A stretch of 64,000 nucleotides of DNA, from assembly GCA_000091205.1 (NCBI GenBank), contig AP006502.2; one strand, written 5' to 3'. Positions 45,114 through 59,407 of the stretch are shown here, piece after piece (position 1 is the stretch's first letter; every line of letters starts with the position of its first letter). Below the pieces are notes generated by a model, which was not told the origin of the DNA, made no database searches, and worked only from the letters and a program-made list of their open reading frames with translations. A program made the position numbers and the translations under genes. Source of the stretch: Cyanidioschyzon merolae. Taxonomy: Eukaryota.

Positions 45114-48100
45114 TGGTTCAGCTCAGATGGACTGCGGTCTCGTCGCCACGATGACTGGCTGGTGCGAGGTTCGCGAAACGCACGCTCTCGTGTATGGATG
45201 CGTACTGGAAGTAGAGCGCCCCGGCAGACGAGCGAATCATCTATCATTCGACGCCGGAGCGCAGGCGCTCCGTTGCGATCGACAAGCGCCGCCGCCGTAC
45301 CCGTATTTGCGCCATGCGGTGTATTCTGTCGCGATTTCATGGCAGGTGAAGTGCAGCAATCTCTCGATGTCGATACATATGTAATGTAATCGGGATGTGG
45401 TACACGGATGCTGCTACTGCTGCCACATTAGTCGTGTGATGCAGGCTGGCGCTGCTGTACGCATCGATGCATTTCGTTACGGGAGATCGGTGCGCCTGTG
45501 TGCATCTTCCGAATGTGCTTCTTCTTTGGACAGCAGCTTCGTCTTGAGGATGACGGATCGATGACTTGACGTAGATATTTTCGGACGTACGTGGAACGAA
45601 CTGCAGTAGCGCCTGCGTTAGTGTCCGATTTTCCCGGTACCCGGTGGTGCTCGTTGCATTGAGGGAAATCAGCGGCACGCATGCATCTGGAGGATTCTTG
45701 CTCTTGCGTATTACTTTCCGGGAGATTTCCTGATAACGATAGGAATTGCAGCTGCATTGTGCGGGCTCTAGTGTTGCGATGGCACCGGTAGACAATGGAC
45801 GTGCTCTTGGGCGGGAACGGTCATCAGTTGAACACGTGCGAATGCATCGAACGTCCGACCTCGGGACGCTTTGCTATGGTGCCAGGCATCTTGGTATATG
45901 CACAGGCTCTGAACATTGAGTTTCTTGTGTTCATTGAAATCGAGACAGAGGCTTTTATGAGTATTGCATGCTTTTTACCTTGAAGACAGACAAACGCCAA
46001 CCGCACTTGCACTGCAGCTTACAAGGCTCATGGAGCCGTGCGAGCCTCGTTGACGCGATGCATTTGCCAGATTGGATCGGATGTTATTAACGTGCACTGC
46101 CGAGTCCCGACGCTCGCTCTGCGTTCAACAGAACCAAGGCCCTCTGACGATGGTACCGAGAGCATCGGTCGCATCCTGAGCCATGTCCCGGCCCGCCGAC
46201 GCATCTCGTTGCTTCCGCACAAGCAGCGGCACTCGTGCCTATCTGTTGGTAAACTCAATTCCGGGTAAGATGGGAAGGATCCACACACGAGACTCGAGCG
46301 TAGATGCTCACGTTGGGGTCGCTTCGTACGGTTATCAATACAAATCTTTGCGCGCTGCTCTTCGATCGCTTCCACTTCATCAGTCCCACCTCTGCATTAA
46401 AGAACGCAGATGCTGCCTTTTGCTTCAAGCTCCGTCGTCAGCAGTCGAATGATACGGATTGTAGTTATAAAGTCCCGATTTCGCTGCTTTCGTCTGCATT
46501 CAATGCACTGCATGCAAAAATGGCATTTGCGATGTACGCATCGCTTGCCATTTTCATCTTTTTTGTACAAATCCCCAGTGTACGCTTTGCATTTGCGACG
46601 CCTGGTTGTGGGCTGATGGTCCGGTATAGCTACCGCCACACGTCCTCCTGCTCTTCGGGTCGTCGTGTGGAGTATCAACGCGTGCTTCATTCCGCTGTAC
46701 ATGCCGTTGGCGGGTACGGGAGCCCCCGTCCAATGCCATCCCCAGTTTCACGCGCGATTCCGTACCCTACAATCACGCTCCTCTCATGGGCAATACCCGC
46801 GGTGCGTACGCTATCCGCTGCGCGCGGCAACGAACGTGCTTCTATTCGCAAATAGAATTGTGGAACGCAGTATTATATACTATAAAGCAACTAACGACAG
46901 TAGCGTCCAGGCTGACGAGCAAGTCGGGAATTTTCAATCCTTGTGTGCTCCCATCGAACAAAGCGGTGACGCACTCCAGACTCGGAGCGATCGCATCGCT
47001 CATTGGTGTCGACGTCCGAGACCCTTTTCCATGTAAATAAAAGAAACGCGAGCCTCTGGGAGCTTATCCAGTGACATGTATCTTGTTGATCGCGAATGCC
47101 GTTTCATCGACGGCCACGAAGAAGCGAGGACTTGCCTTTCGAACGGAACCAATTTTATATATGACGGGTTCGCCAAACATTCCTCATCGGCTTGTGACCA
47201 AGTCGCCAAGAGATGACGTCCTGCTTTTTTTCATCGTCAATCGAGCGGCAGGAATACCTGCGCCTACACCTTGCCTTGGAACAGAGGGACGGAATCCGTG
47301 CAGCGTGAATCATTTGAGCATGCGACACCTACGGAAATGAGAAGCGTGAAGGTATATACGCACGGACCCAATACTGATATCGTTTATCTTACGAACTCTT
47401 GGTCCAGCGTGTCGCGAATCTCCCCGATGATGTTGATGTGACGAATCTCATTAGCAAGGAGTCGAAGGAGCCGCACCACCCCACGCCTCCGAAAGCACTA
47501 TCCAGAATCCTAAAACTACTTATGGATCCGTAACCCCTTATTATTGTTCACCGAAATGTCGACGGCGTGCCTCTGAAAGAGTTTGGCAAACAATCGCAAC
47601 GCAAGAACACGGCGAGTAGATCATCGCTTCATGATAAGCAGATTCAAAAGCAGTCGCTGCTGAAACGCGCGATTCGGTAGCGCAGCATGAATGTTCTGAG
47701 CTTGCGCGCTCAAAACAAGATTTCCATTACCTCATTGACACACTGAAAGACTCACAAAGCCGTGCAACCTCTACGATACCTGTCGATCACATTCCGATGC
47801 ACCTGCTCTCTAAAAAAGGCTTCCGCGCTCACCCAGGCACGCCAACTCGCTACGTCTCTACCACGATGGTACCCCACGACAGCTACCAAGGCTGCAAACC
47901 GCTTGCATAGAAACACAAAGTTACCTCAAGCCGCTCCCATGGTGCTTTCGGAGCTGCACACCGAAGCCAGGTCGAGCGGATCGACCCGCTGCCGCACCGA
48001 GGTGTCGTCAAGTGCCTCGCGCCCCTGCCCAGGACGCTGCACACGCGATCCTTTGCCACAAACGCCCAGTCGCGCTGCGCCAGCACGGCAACGTTCATTG

Positions 48101-48155
48101 CGAATTCGTACCACGACGTATCGCCGCGTAACAGCACGAGAAGTTTGCGTTCATC

Positions 48156-49199
48156 ATGGAAAGTCTGGCTCGTTTGACACCTTTATATCCAGATCGCGCT
48201 CTAATTGTTGCAGTGACGGGCGCTGCTGGTCAAATCGCGTACTCGCTTCTTCCGCTTCTCGCGTCGGGTACGGTGTTCGGGCCTCAGCAGCGGATCAAGC
48301 TCCAACTGCTCGACGTGCCCGCAGCAGAGAGCGTTTTAAAAGGCGTCTGTTGTGAGCTTGAGGATGGCGCGTATCCGCTTCTTGATCATCCGGTGCTGTA
48401 CACGTCCGTTGCTGATGAGGCTTTTGCCGGTGCAGACATTGTTGTGCTGCTTGGATCGTTTCCTCGCAAGCCCGGTATGGAGCGGAAAGACTTGTTGGCG
48501 AAAAACGGTACCATCTTTCGTGATCAGGGGCAAGCTCTGAATCGCGTCGCTAAAGCGGACGCGCACGTGATTGTTGTGGGCAATCCCGCCAACACGAATG
48601 CCTGGACGCTTTCGCAGTTTTGCACGAAAATCCCGAAGGAGCACATCACCGCGCTCGCCCGGCTTGATCACAACCGCTTAAAGTCACTGGTCGCGAGGAA
48701 ACTCGACTCTGCGGTATCGGACGTCCACAATGTGATTATTTGGGGCAACCACTCAGCGACGCAATACCCGGACGTGACCTATGCCTATACCCCGCAGATT
48801 GTACAAGGAAAGATGCGGGCGGCACTCGGAGGCGATTCGCAGCTCGCTTCGGAAGTGATTCCTTTGATTCAAAAGCGTGGTGCTGAGGTACTTGCGCTTC
48901 GCAAGCTGAGCAGTGCCATGTCGGCGGCGAAGGCCATCGGCGACCATCTGCGCGACTGGATGTTTGGCACCCAAACGGAAAACGAGATCGTCAGTATGAT
49001 TGTGCCTTCGGATGGGAGCTATGGTATCGACAAAGGTCTGATGTTCGCGTTCCCGGTCCAGTGTCATCGTGGTGGCAAATATAGAATAGTTTCGGATCTT
49101 CGTATCGACGATTTCAGCCGCAAATACATTGAGACAACGCTTGCTGAGCTGCGCAGTGAACGCGAAGAGGCCATGCGCCTGGTCTCTAAGATGTGTTGA
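48156..49199 (+). CDS. MDH1: malate dehydrogenase, cytosolic-type NAD-dependent
   Basis: 347-aa ORF. VAVTGAAGQIAYSLLPLLASG, VVGNPANTNA, ARLDHNRLKS, IIWGNHSATQYPDV and KLSSAMSAAKAIGDHLRDW align almost residue-for-residue with human MDH1. Confidence 0.92.
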   Translation: MESLARLTPLYPDRALIVAVTGAAGQIAYSLLPLLASGTVFGPQQRIKLQLLDVPAAESVLKGVCCELEDGAYPLLDHPVLYTSVADEAFAGADIVVLLGSFPRKPGMERKDLLAKNGTIFRDQGQALNRVAKADAHVIVVGNPANTNAWTLSQFCTKIPKEHITALARLDHNRLKSLVARKLDSAVSDVHNVIIWGNHSATQYPDVTYAYTPQIVQGKMRAALGGDSQLASEVIPLIQKRGAEVLALRKLSSAMSAAKAIGDHLRDWMFGTQTENEIVSMIVPSDGSYGIDKGLMFAFPVQCHRGGKYRIVSDLRIDDFSRKYIETTLAELRSEREEAMRLVSKMC

Positions 49200-49900
49200 A
49201 TGGTGTCTGCCTCGCCTTGGTGTATTCAACATCGCGCCATGTGTTCTTCCTTGCAAGCGATGTCACGGACTGTAAACCACGGCTCAACGGAAAACGTATG
49301 ACGGCCCACAGACGGTTCGCGGATGTGTGTATACCTTGAGTGTCTGAACCGCCGTGCATTCACGACAAAAGTTGTGTGAAATTCGCTGCACCGTGTCATT
49401 TGCAAGCGCGTGGCTCTTAGTCGGCGGCTTTGCGCTCTTGCACAAAGGACGCAACGCCGACGCCCATGCCGGACGCCGCATGGACAGTCAACCGCTAATC
49501 GCCCAGGCTGCTGCGGGCATTTCAGACCGGACCCCGAAGCGTCCGGTTTGTACTCATGCTCGTATTGCCGCATGCATGTCTGTCATAGCACAGGACGCCG
49601 AAATGAGGTTCTATGTGATGTTCAGATGAACGCATCTGTTTCTGCAAGTTGCCTGGGAAGTGAGTGACGCTCTGGCGATCGCGACGATGGTTTACATCTG
49701 GATGGCGCTGGATGAGATCAGCGGGCGACGGCAAACCGATGAGGACGATGTCCTCTATTCTAGGTATCCGATGGAGCTTGATCAATCGCCGCAGCGCTCG
49801 AAAGGCGTGTACAGGAACACGCTTAATAGGCTCGTGCGCCACAGACACCATCCACGAGAGGTGCGCAGGCCAGTTTTCCTGGAAAGGCCGAACGAAATGG

Positions 49901-49953
<53 letters not shown>

Positions 49954-49966
49954 ATCATCTATGGTG
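49901..49966. repeat. (TGC/GCT)n trinucleotide microsatellite (about 18 units) followed by (GAT)4
   Basis: tgctgctgctg...ctgatgatgatgatc. Would encode poly-Q on the minus strand (ORF 49522-50034) or poly-L/poly-C on the plus strand. Confidence 0.9.
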
Positions 49967-51172
49967 CGCATGCTCGCCAGGTGTCGTGTGTTATCTGGGG
50001 CTTCGTCGCTCTCGATTGCCCTTTGCCGGCTCAAGTAGCCAAGAATTCCTTGTGGAACGACATGCTTCCATGAGATATCCGCGTTTTGCGCTAGCCGCGC
50101 TGCTGTTCTTGTGCTACCGATGCCTCTACATTAGACACTGACCCCAGTGCAATCATACTGGTGGAGTCGGCGCCTCTTGTAGATTCGCCGGTGATGATGC
50201 GCCTTGATTACTTCCGGGCTCGGCATTCTTTGAGGTCGCCGCATGCTGCGAAGTGCTGCAATCATGCGGTCATTTTTCGAGTACTTGGACGAGCACATGT
50301 CTTGCGCCAGAGAGATCCGCTCGACCCGGTACCGATATTCTTGTAAACTTACCATCGTTTGATGCAGCTCCGCACTGTCACCTCAGACTACATAAGCGAT
50401 CGAGGGCGCGGCATCCGACCGAAAAGTCTATGCCAAACGGCGGCATGCTCTTCTTCGCCTCTGGTATCCGCGGCATGACCGTTATCGTGTCTGAGTCGCT
50501 TCGAGCGCACATACGACACAGCTTGCTCGCGAGCGTTTCCAATTCAAACCAAGGCTTTCGACTCGGCTCAGACTAGCTGTCTGTGTCGTACTCGCGACCG
50601 GTCTTGTGCCGGCGCCGCACGGCGTCTCGCCGCTGTTGCTTAAACTCCTTCATCAGCTGCGGCCGCTGCTCCTCCCACTGCTGACGGCGAACGGTCTCCC
50701 CTTCAGTGAGGTAAAACGTCGACCCTAGACCGGCGTTCTCCGCTGGAACCCGCGAAACACTGCTGGCAGCGGTGGGGCGCTCCACATCGGATCTGCGCAC
50801 AACTTTTGGCACGCGTTGCAGCGGAAGTTGCTGCCTGGGTTTGCGACGACTGTGCTCTTGAGCTACTGCTTTTGGTTGTTGAGGCGCGCCCGAAAACCAG
50901 GCGCCAGACGGCGGCTCTAAAACACTGCACCCCACGACAGGCTTTGCGTCTTCCAAACCCGAATCGAACATATTTTCCTCTACAGGTTCTTTGTCGAGTT
51001 AAGTTCAAATCGGGTGTTCTTCGCGACTGCCGGTCTGCATTCAGTAGAAACGAGTGCAGCTCGCAGACCACTGCTCTCGAGACGCTGAACGCCAAAAAAA
51101 TCGCTTCTCCGCTAGTGTCGTGAATCGCAGCCCAATATGACACCGACGCACGCACTCTATCTATAATGCACG

Positions 51173-51255
51173 CTAGTACGCGCTCTAGTATGTAGTCTAG
51201 TATGTAACCTATTAGGCAATCTCTAGTTTACGCCTTGGTATGCACTCTAGTACGC
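51173..51255. repeat. cluster of five direct CTAGTA(C/T)G motifs within about 85 bp, roughly 480-560 bp upstream of the ER DnaJ start
   Basis: ctagtacg (51173), ctagtatg (51185), ctagtatg (51197), ctagtttacg (51223), ctagtacg (51247). Confidence 0.6.
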
Positions 51256-51711
51256 ACACACTCGAGCGTATACCCGAGAGCACACGTTGCACGGCTCGCG
51301 CATCGATGGAAGCAGCGCCGAAACGCGTATCCATACGATTGTTCAAACACAGGTTCTCTAGCTTGTACACTTACACAGCGCGTGCCACGGGGTCATACGG
51401 GAACGCGTTGAGCTGCGAGAGAGCTCAAATGCCTGCCGCGGTACGCTCTGCCGCTCCTGTTGTATACCACGCCAGAGCGCAGCGTATCGACCGTTCTGCA
51501 TCTGCTTCTGGGCATTGCGAACCGCTCACTGCTCCAATACGTTCTGTGAAAGATCCCAGCACATGACCTGGTATCCCTGAAAGTCATCGATAGGAGCAAA
51601 TACCTGCCCGAGCTCCATAGGCGTTTCCGTGCGGCCGCCACCTGGCTTTGCGTATTTGGCCGCGGGCCTGTCTGTAGCGGAGCCTGGTGCAACCCGCTTC
51701 GATAGCACTGA

Positions 51712-53037
<1,326 letters not shown>

Positions 53038-53769
53038 GCCCTGCGCCTCGACAGCGTCCACTTTCTGCCATAGCTACACCTATGTCCTAGAAATACATCG
53101 ATCAAGGACGCGCGTCGTGTGGTATTCCTCAGTGCCGCAACCACGGAATCCCGCAGTGCAAGTCCCGTTATCGCTAACGAGATGAAGCGTCGCATCGTAC
53201 CGCGAAGGAGCATCTGACGCTCGATGCGCTGTATCGCGCTCGCGAATATAGCTGTCGCTCATTGCGATAGCTGTCTGTGAGACCATTACGGGCTCAAGTC
53301 GAAGCGTAAAAAGAAGCCAGTGCCCTCAATCTACATCGCTTTCAGGACCTACTATGACTCTGCTGCCTCGCCACAAACGAGCAAACGCTGCAGCGAGCGT
53401 CCATCGGTCCGTACTGCTCAGATGCACGCGCACAAACAGCGACATGGTTCGCTATCCCAGTCTATATATATGTCAGATCTGAAGGTGGTGTCCCCGATGG
53501 TTCAAGTGACGTTCAGGTTCGTGATTCTCTCCACTTATCGATCGATAAAATGCAGCGGGATCGCTGGCGCGCGTACCGGCACCCGTGTCGGAAACAGTGT
53601 CGAGAATTTTATCGATCTCCTCGCAGCATTGGATTCTTCCAACAAATTAATCTGTTTACAAATCCCATATTTGATCGTAGTTGCAACGAAATCGACAAAG
53701 TTGTTCGCACCTGTTCCACCAGCGCTAAAGCGACGCGACACAGCAACGCGGAAATCATCAGTGGAGCGA

Positions 53770-54165
53770 ACAATGCCTCGCACCCATGGGCGGCAAATAC
53801 AGACACTCACGCGCAGACGCTTCCCAGACTTTTTAGACCGGCAGTCCGGTATCGGCGGCAGCTCTTGCGTCTACAAGTTGAGCATCAGAGGCTGCACTAC
53901 AAAGTCGGATCGCGCCTGCTCCTCGGGTCTCGTCCTCAGCACCGCACATCGTATGATATTGGTGGCGGCGTTCAAGTCTCGGTTCACGAACTCCATGTCT
54001 GCATCGACGCTGGTTGAACGCACCATGGCGAGGAATCGTCGAACTCGTGCCCTCTGTGCCAATTGGTGCACTGTCAGCTCTGCATGCTTTTCTATCGCCG
54101 AAGCGCTGCGCGGCTTTCGCTGCATGTCGTCCTTCTGAAACGTACACCCCAGGTCATCGCTTAAT
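53770..54165 (-). pseudogene. TnpB/Fanzor-like nuclease C-terminal fragment (copy 3), truncated upstream and frameshifted near the tail
   Basis: Minus-strand frame reads KLSDDLGCTFQKDDMQRKPRSASAIEKHAELTVHQLAQRARVRRFLAMVRSTSVDADMEFVNRDLNAATNIIRCAVLRTRPEEQARSDFVVQPLMLNL*. The tail SKKSGKRLRVS continues in another frame. An upstream stop lies inside the AT-rich run ttaatttttaaaa at about 54170. Confidence 0.55.
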
Positions 54166-56522
54166 TTTTAAAATGCGCGCACCTGCTTATGCCCTTAGGT
54201 GAGGAGCCTCCCACTGGGAGAAGGACCTGTGGAAGAGAGACGACAAACGCCCTGGTGTCACTGGACGGTGCGCTTCAGTGATTTACCCAGTCGAGCGATC
54301 ATTGCGTTTCATGAGAGAAAACACACTTCTTCGATGGCGACGGACCACGTAGCACGCGGCGCAATGAAAAGCAGCTCTACGCTGACGGAATCCGCATATG
54401 CTCGAACGCAAGGGGAATGGTGAAATCCTATGTTGTGTAATAGAAAAACGTCGCCAGACGTCAGGGAAAAGTCTTCAATGATTCGACAAATTGGATGGTA
54501 CTGTTCGACGAGCCTTCTCCACGAGAGAATTGAAGCTGCCAAATGAATCCACTGGAGCTCCAACAGATGATGATGTGGGCGTTCTCCTCGAGTTCGATCG
54601 AACGGACGACGGATTCGTTTCATTTCGAATACCCGTGCGCGCTCCGAGAGTTTCGTCCCAAGCAAGTCACATTGATTGAAAACAACAAACAGATGATCCG
54701 GTGGTTTCTATAGATCGCAACGCTCCAGGAACTCTTTGCGCGCTTTTTCGGTGCAAGATGGTCGTGCGTGAACTAGGTGTTTATGTTTGTGACTCTCTCC
54801 TGGTGTTCTCAGGATCACACGAGCAAGCTGTTGTGAAGCAGAGACGCTTGTGTTGGATACTGTCCTCGCTTTTGCGCCACATAAAATGACCAACTGGTCG
54901 TTTTCCTACGATTGACAGCAAGTGCGCTTGAAGAATATCGGCTTTTGGCACGGAGCGCATATCCTTTTTCCTTTCAGTGTCCTGCAATGATCTGAGCAAT
55001 GTGTTATGACTGACCCGACGGGCGAATACAGTGCTCTTTGCGCTATTCATTAAAGAATCTATCCTATAGACAATTCGTCTACGATCTATACGGTATATGG
55101 CCCCGGCAAGTCGATCTCCTTCCATACACTGCAGCATGACGTACAACAGCATCGATTTGAAAGACGATACCGCTACCCAGCGCGTGAGATCATGAACCCG
55201 CCCAGAGCCTGTCCACGGCATCGCACGCTCGACGACGCTAGGCAGCGTTCGGGGAGTTGAGGCGGTGGCTTCGGTCAGCTCTACTTGCTCCCTTTTCGCC
55301 GTTCGTCGGTAAACGAGCGGGGAAGCAGCGCGTATTCGCCACTAGTCCCGCAGGGATCAACAGCAGAACGCCCTATCCGCGCGTCCTCGCTTGCTGCTGT
55401 GATCGACTGGAGCGGGCATAGGTGCCAGAGCCGTTGACGCGCAGTTCAGCGTTCGGTGTGCTTGTGGGATAACAGAGACGTCGTTGGCGCACTCGAGCCG
55501 ACCATGTCCGTGCCTGCAGCACCCAGAGGCCCAGCGATTAGTGATGATATTGAAATCGTCGCACATCCTTGTAATGAACGCATTGACGATTTAATAAATG
55601 TTCTATTCGATGACCCGCGGAGTCTGGGAGAGCCCTGGCGGGCACTGCGCTCGTGTCTGCGGAGGTACGGACTATTCCCGAGGCGAGAGCTCTGGAAACC
55701 CCAGCCTCATAAGCTTCGAGAAAAGCGGTATTCCGGTGAGCCAGATCCGGTGGACGCAGGCATCGGTGATACGTCACACGGCGCCGGACCTGAAACCCAC
55801 GAATAAGCGCGTTGGCCATCGGGGCGGCTCGCCTCTGACACAGGAGCGCGACAATGCGAGCATCATTTCCATGCGACAAACTCGCCCGCAACGTCCTCAG
55901 CATGATCTTGCATGCGAAACCTGTTGTTTCTCCTCAGCTTGTATGACTGATCGAGAAGGTTGCTTCCGAACCTGCCGCGGCGCAGAAAGCGTACGATGCG
56001 CTGCCAATTTCGAGCACCGACTTTGAGATGAGCTCGGGAGCGTCCGACCAGAGCATCTCATGGAGCCTTGAACGTGCTCGATGATCTCGTGCATGGGCCT
56101 TATCCATCACATCGGCAGGTGTGGCTGTTTCATGTACTGTTGCGTTGCGCGGCATCGCTGGACATCTTCATGCGCCGTAGACGCTCTTCCCGATGACGAC
56201 CATCAGGGTAACAGCATTACACTGGCGCCGGCAAGTGGGTGGCCAGGCCTCGAACACCCCAAAATGGAAACAATCATGTGTGGGCTCCGATGGGGACTTG
56301 GCGTCGCCAAGCGGCGTTCACAGGAACCCCGCCGATGCTCCCCCTGAAAAATGGTCCCTCATACCGCACAGACCAGGATGGCGTTATGGCGAACGCCAGC
56401 GCGCATGCGGGACGCTCGCGCCACTGCCACGTACTCGTTGTTGTGTAGTACCAGCGGTAGCGCTTCGAAGGTCGCATCACCAGGCCGAAACTGGTGACAC
56501 CCTATCCCGCAGCGCGGTATGA

Positions 56523-57695
56523 TCAACTCGCGATGCGCAAATTCGCGTGCAGCGACGCTACATCTTCGATGAGCTTGGCGAGCTCCTCTACTTTTTCCCA
56601 TTCGCTGGCCTCGATTTCTGGCTGAGCGAAGATGAGCAAAATGAGTGCGCTATTCTGGGTTGTGCTGTCCATGGAAGCGACGGAATAGAGCCCTCCAATG
56701 CTGCTTGTGTCCGTGGTTTCGTCGTCCTCGCTCTCGCCGACATACAGACGACGGATGAGAACAAGGCCGCTTTCACTTTCGAACAGCAAATCACGCATCT
56801 CGTCACCCTGCACCATTAGAATCTGCTCCGTGTCATCAATGAGAAACTGAACATTCGCTAGCAGGGCGACCTGGTCTACCGTGGCATTCGAGGCGATGAC
56901 CTTGTTGCCCCGCAGCAGAATCGCTCGCTTCACGTTTCGGAGGCGCGTGAACTCTGCCACGACCGCTAGTGCGCTCTTCTGGATCGCGTCTGAAAAGGCG
57001 CCGTCGAACTGACGGAAACGATCCAAAAGCGTCACGTTCTGGACAAGGCTCCTCGATGAAAACGGGGGTTTGCGTCCGGAGATGCCGGGCACCAGCGACG
57101 GCATCGTGACAGCGCCCCTGGGACTAGCCGTGAAGCCAAGACTCGGCGCTGCCGCCCGAAGCTCACTGTCTATCACGTGATGGACCAGCTCAGGCGCACT
57201 TCGAGGTATCGGGGAGCCTCCGGAGACCTCCGAGGCGTTGCGCATGTGCTGGCTGGGGTGTCCGGGGGCATCCCCGTCGGTCAACGGGCTCGCTGCATGC
57301 GCGCTCAGCGAGTCGTCCGAGGTGTAGCTTCTGCCGTAGGTCGCACTTCTCGAGAACCCTTGTCCGTCCGTGGTCAGGCCGCTCAATAAAACATCTTCAA
57401 ACATTGTCAGAAAGTCATCTAGTAGCTTCGTGGCGACCAAACGTCCAAGTTGGCAAGAGTCAGACAGGTCCTGGAAAAGCGCTGCCGTTATTCTCGCTCG
57501 TTTGGCGGTAACCAACGTCAGGAGCATATCGTCGAACTGGACCTGAGAGATGTTGCGGCGGGTTTGCCGCGTGACAAACTCCATCACCGCCGTCAACAAC
57601 GAGCCCACAAGCCGTGGTTGCTCGACAGGCCGTAGCACCGCCTTGCTATAGAGAACGAGACCCGACTGCGAAACGATGAGAAAAGTTCGAATCAT
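56523..57695 (-). CDS. tri-longin-domain (TLD) RabGEF-family protein, Mon1/Fuzzy-like
   Basis: 390-aa ORF. N-terminal FLIVSQSGLVLYSKAV...VGSLLTAVMEFV...ISQVQFDDMLLTLVTAKRARITAAL has the same pattern as the Mon1 longin-1 (FVLSEAGKPVYSRYG...MGVMVALVSFLE...YKVVFVRRSPLVLVAV) and the Fuzzy N-terminus. The family is assigned by pattern only. Confidence 0.5.
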   Translation of the reverse strand: MIRTFLIVSQSGLVLYSKAVLRPVEQPRLVGSLLTAVMEFVTRQTRRNISQVQFDDMLLTLVTAKRARITAALFQDLSDSCQLGRLVATKLLDDFLTMFEDVLLSGLTTDGQGFSRSATYGRSYTSDDSLSAHAASPLTDGDAPGHPSQHMRNASEVSGGSPIPRSAPELVHHVIDSELRAAAPSLGFTASPRGAVTMPSLVPGISGRKPPFSSRSLVQNVTLLDRFRQFDGAFSDAIQKSALAVVAEFTRLRNVKRAILLRGNKVIASNATVDQVALLANVQFLIDDTEQILMVQGDEMRDLLFESESGLVLIRRLYVGESEDDETTDTSSIGGLYSVASMDSTTQNSALILLIFAQPEIEASEWEKVEELAKLIEDVASLHANLRIAS

Positions 57696-59346
57696 CGTTC
57701 ATGGTTTTTTCCCCAGAGCTTTGATTGTGAAACGCGGACTCAAGCAGGTCCCGTTCACCACGAACAGGCACAAAGCGATAAACCGTCACAGAGTCGCTGC
57801 CAACGGAGTTCTTCGTTCCAGGTTCGCGAACGGGTGCGCTTGGCTGGACCGCGCCCCGAGGAGCATCTGAGCCGCTGCAGGCGACTCTGGCTTTTGCTCT
57901 GGATCCATGAAGCAGCGGATGACTTCTGTTCGGATATTGTAGGATGGGGGTACCACGTGCATTTGATGTATGTTGCCGTGGAGTCGTTGGTCGAGTTGAA
58001 TCTGAGGCAATCTGTATGACCCGGACGGAACGAGGTGCGGGAGCATGCGCCGAGCCGTTCGTTGACGGTGCTCGTGCGCTGCCGACTTTTTCTTCCAATG
58101 TCAACGCTGCACAAGCGTGCTTGCGTGCAGCAGCTCGCATAGACGTTGTGGGTTATAGATTCTGTCAGAGGCGCCGGAAAACCTGCTCTCAGCGTCGCGT
58201 GCACGCGCTGCCTATTCACAGACTGATTGCCGTTCAGGACGCACTTGAAAAAGACACTGCAACATAAAAGTCTTTCCGAATGCATGAACTGTGAAGTGCA
58301 TAAAGGAGTAAACCATTGATAGGGTTGATTTTCGAAAGACTGACGCGAGCCGCTTCTTTGCTGGGCGGTAGCTACTGACGGCCTCGTGGCGGGTTTGGGA
58401 GTTTCGCCCCATACGCTGCAGCCGACGATGATAGACGACGTTGTATGGAGGCGGCCGCAGACACGCAGCATGAGACCGTCTTCACTGTGATACGTAAAAC
58501 GGAGCCTCTGTGGTTGAAGAAAGATGCGAGATGCCTACTGGAGCTTTGCGAGCGTGCACAGAAAGAGCACGATCATGAAACCTTCCCGAACGGAACCGAC
58601 GCGAATGCCAAGACTAGCGCAACGTTCTCCACATCGAGGTTGATCTCCACGGACGCTTCGCAGCAAGTCACTTGCTCTCAGGATCTCTGAAGCTGGTCCA
58701 CGTATACATGCAGGAATACATGTTCGGGTACACGCTTTGCAACCGCGATACCAGAAGATGTACAGCACGACTCCATTACGAGAAGCTCATGCAGCTTACA
58801 TTGTACAGGAACTCGAAGCCTGGTGCTCGGATCCTCGATATTCGAGCCCAACAGCAGCGAATCCGTTACGTAGCAGCATCGGAATTGCCCAGGAGCAGAC
58901 GGCACTGCCGTTGCATGCTCCAGTCTCGACAATCTCACGCAGCAGTAGCGTTCACCGATATCTCTCGACCTAGATGTCTACACAACTCGACGCTATATCT
59001 ACTATGAACCGCAAGCTCCATTACAGGTCCTGGGGGAGTGTCGGCTGCGTTGCCAGGTTCGCGATTTTCAATGACCGTTTTGGGAACTCGTCGCATTTGA
59101 TTCACACGGTAACGCTCGGAGACCCGTTGCCTTTTGCGCGTTGAAGCACCCAAGCTGGGATTCACGCGCAAAGACGTCGAACCGGGAGCATTAGCCTCCG
59201 GGCAGAGATGTTCTGGAGCTCTGGGTGTGCACTTCGTGCAGGGCACTAGCCGGACGCATGACTGATAGCGTCCTCGTCTATGGCTGCGAGAGCTCTGCGA
59301 CGCATGCCCGCAAGCGTGTTTCTCGCTGGGCGCTGGTATTCTAGGT

Positions 59347-59371
59347 TTAGAGTCTCAGTAGACGCAATGGG

Positions 59372-59407
<36 letters not shown>

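Noticed and set aside
54309-54665. Minus-strand ORF containing IIEDFSLTS, superficially like a RuvC-II motif, upstream of Fanzor fragment copy 3
   Set aside because: The spacing to RuvC-III would be about 160 aa versus about 55 aa in copy 1, and the intervening sequence does not align with copy 1. An in-frame stop separates them. Probably coincidental.
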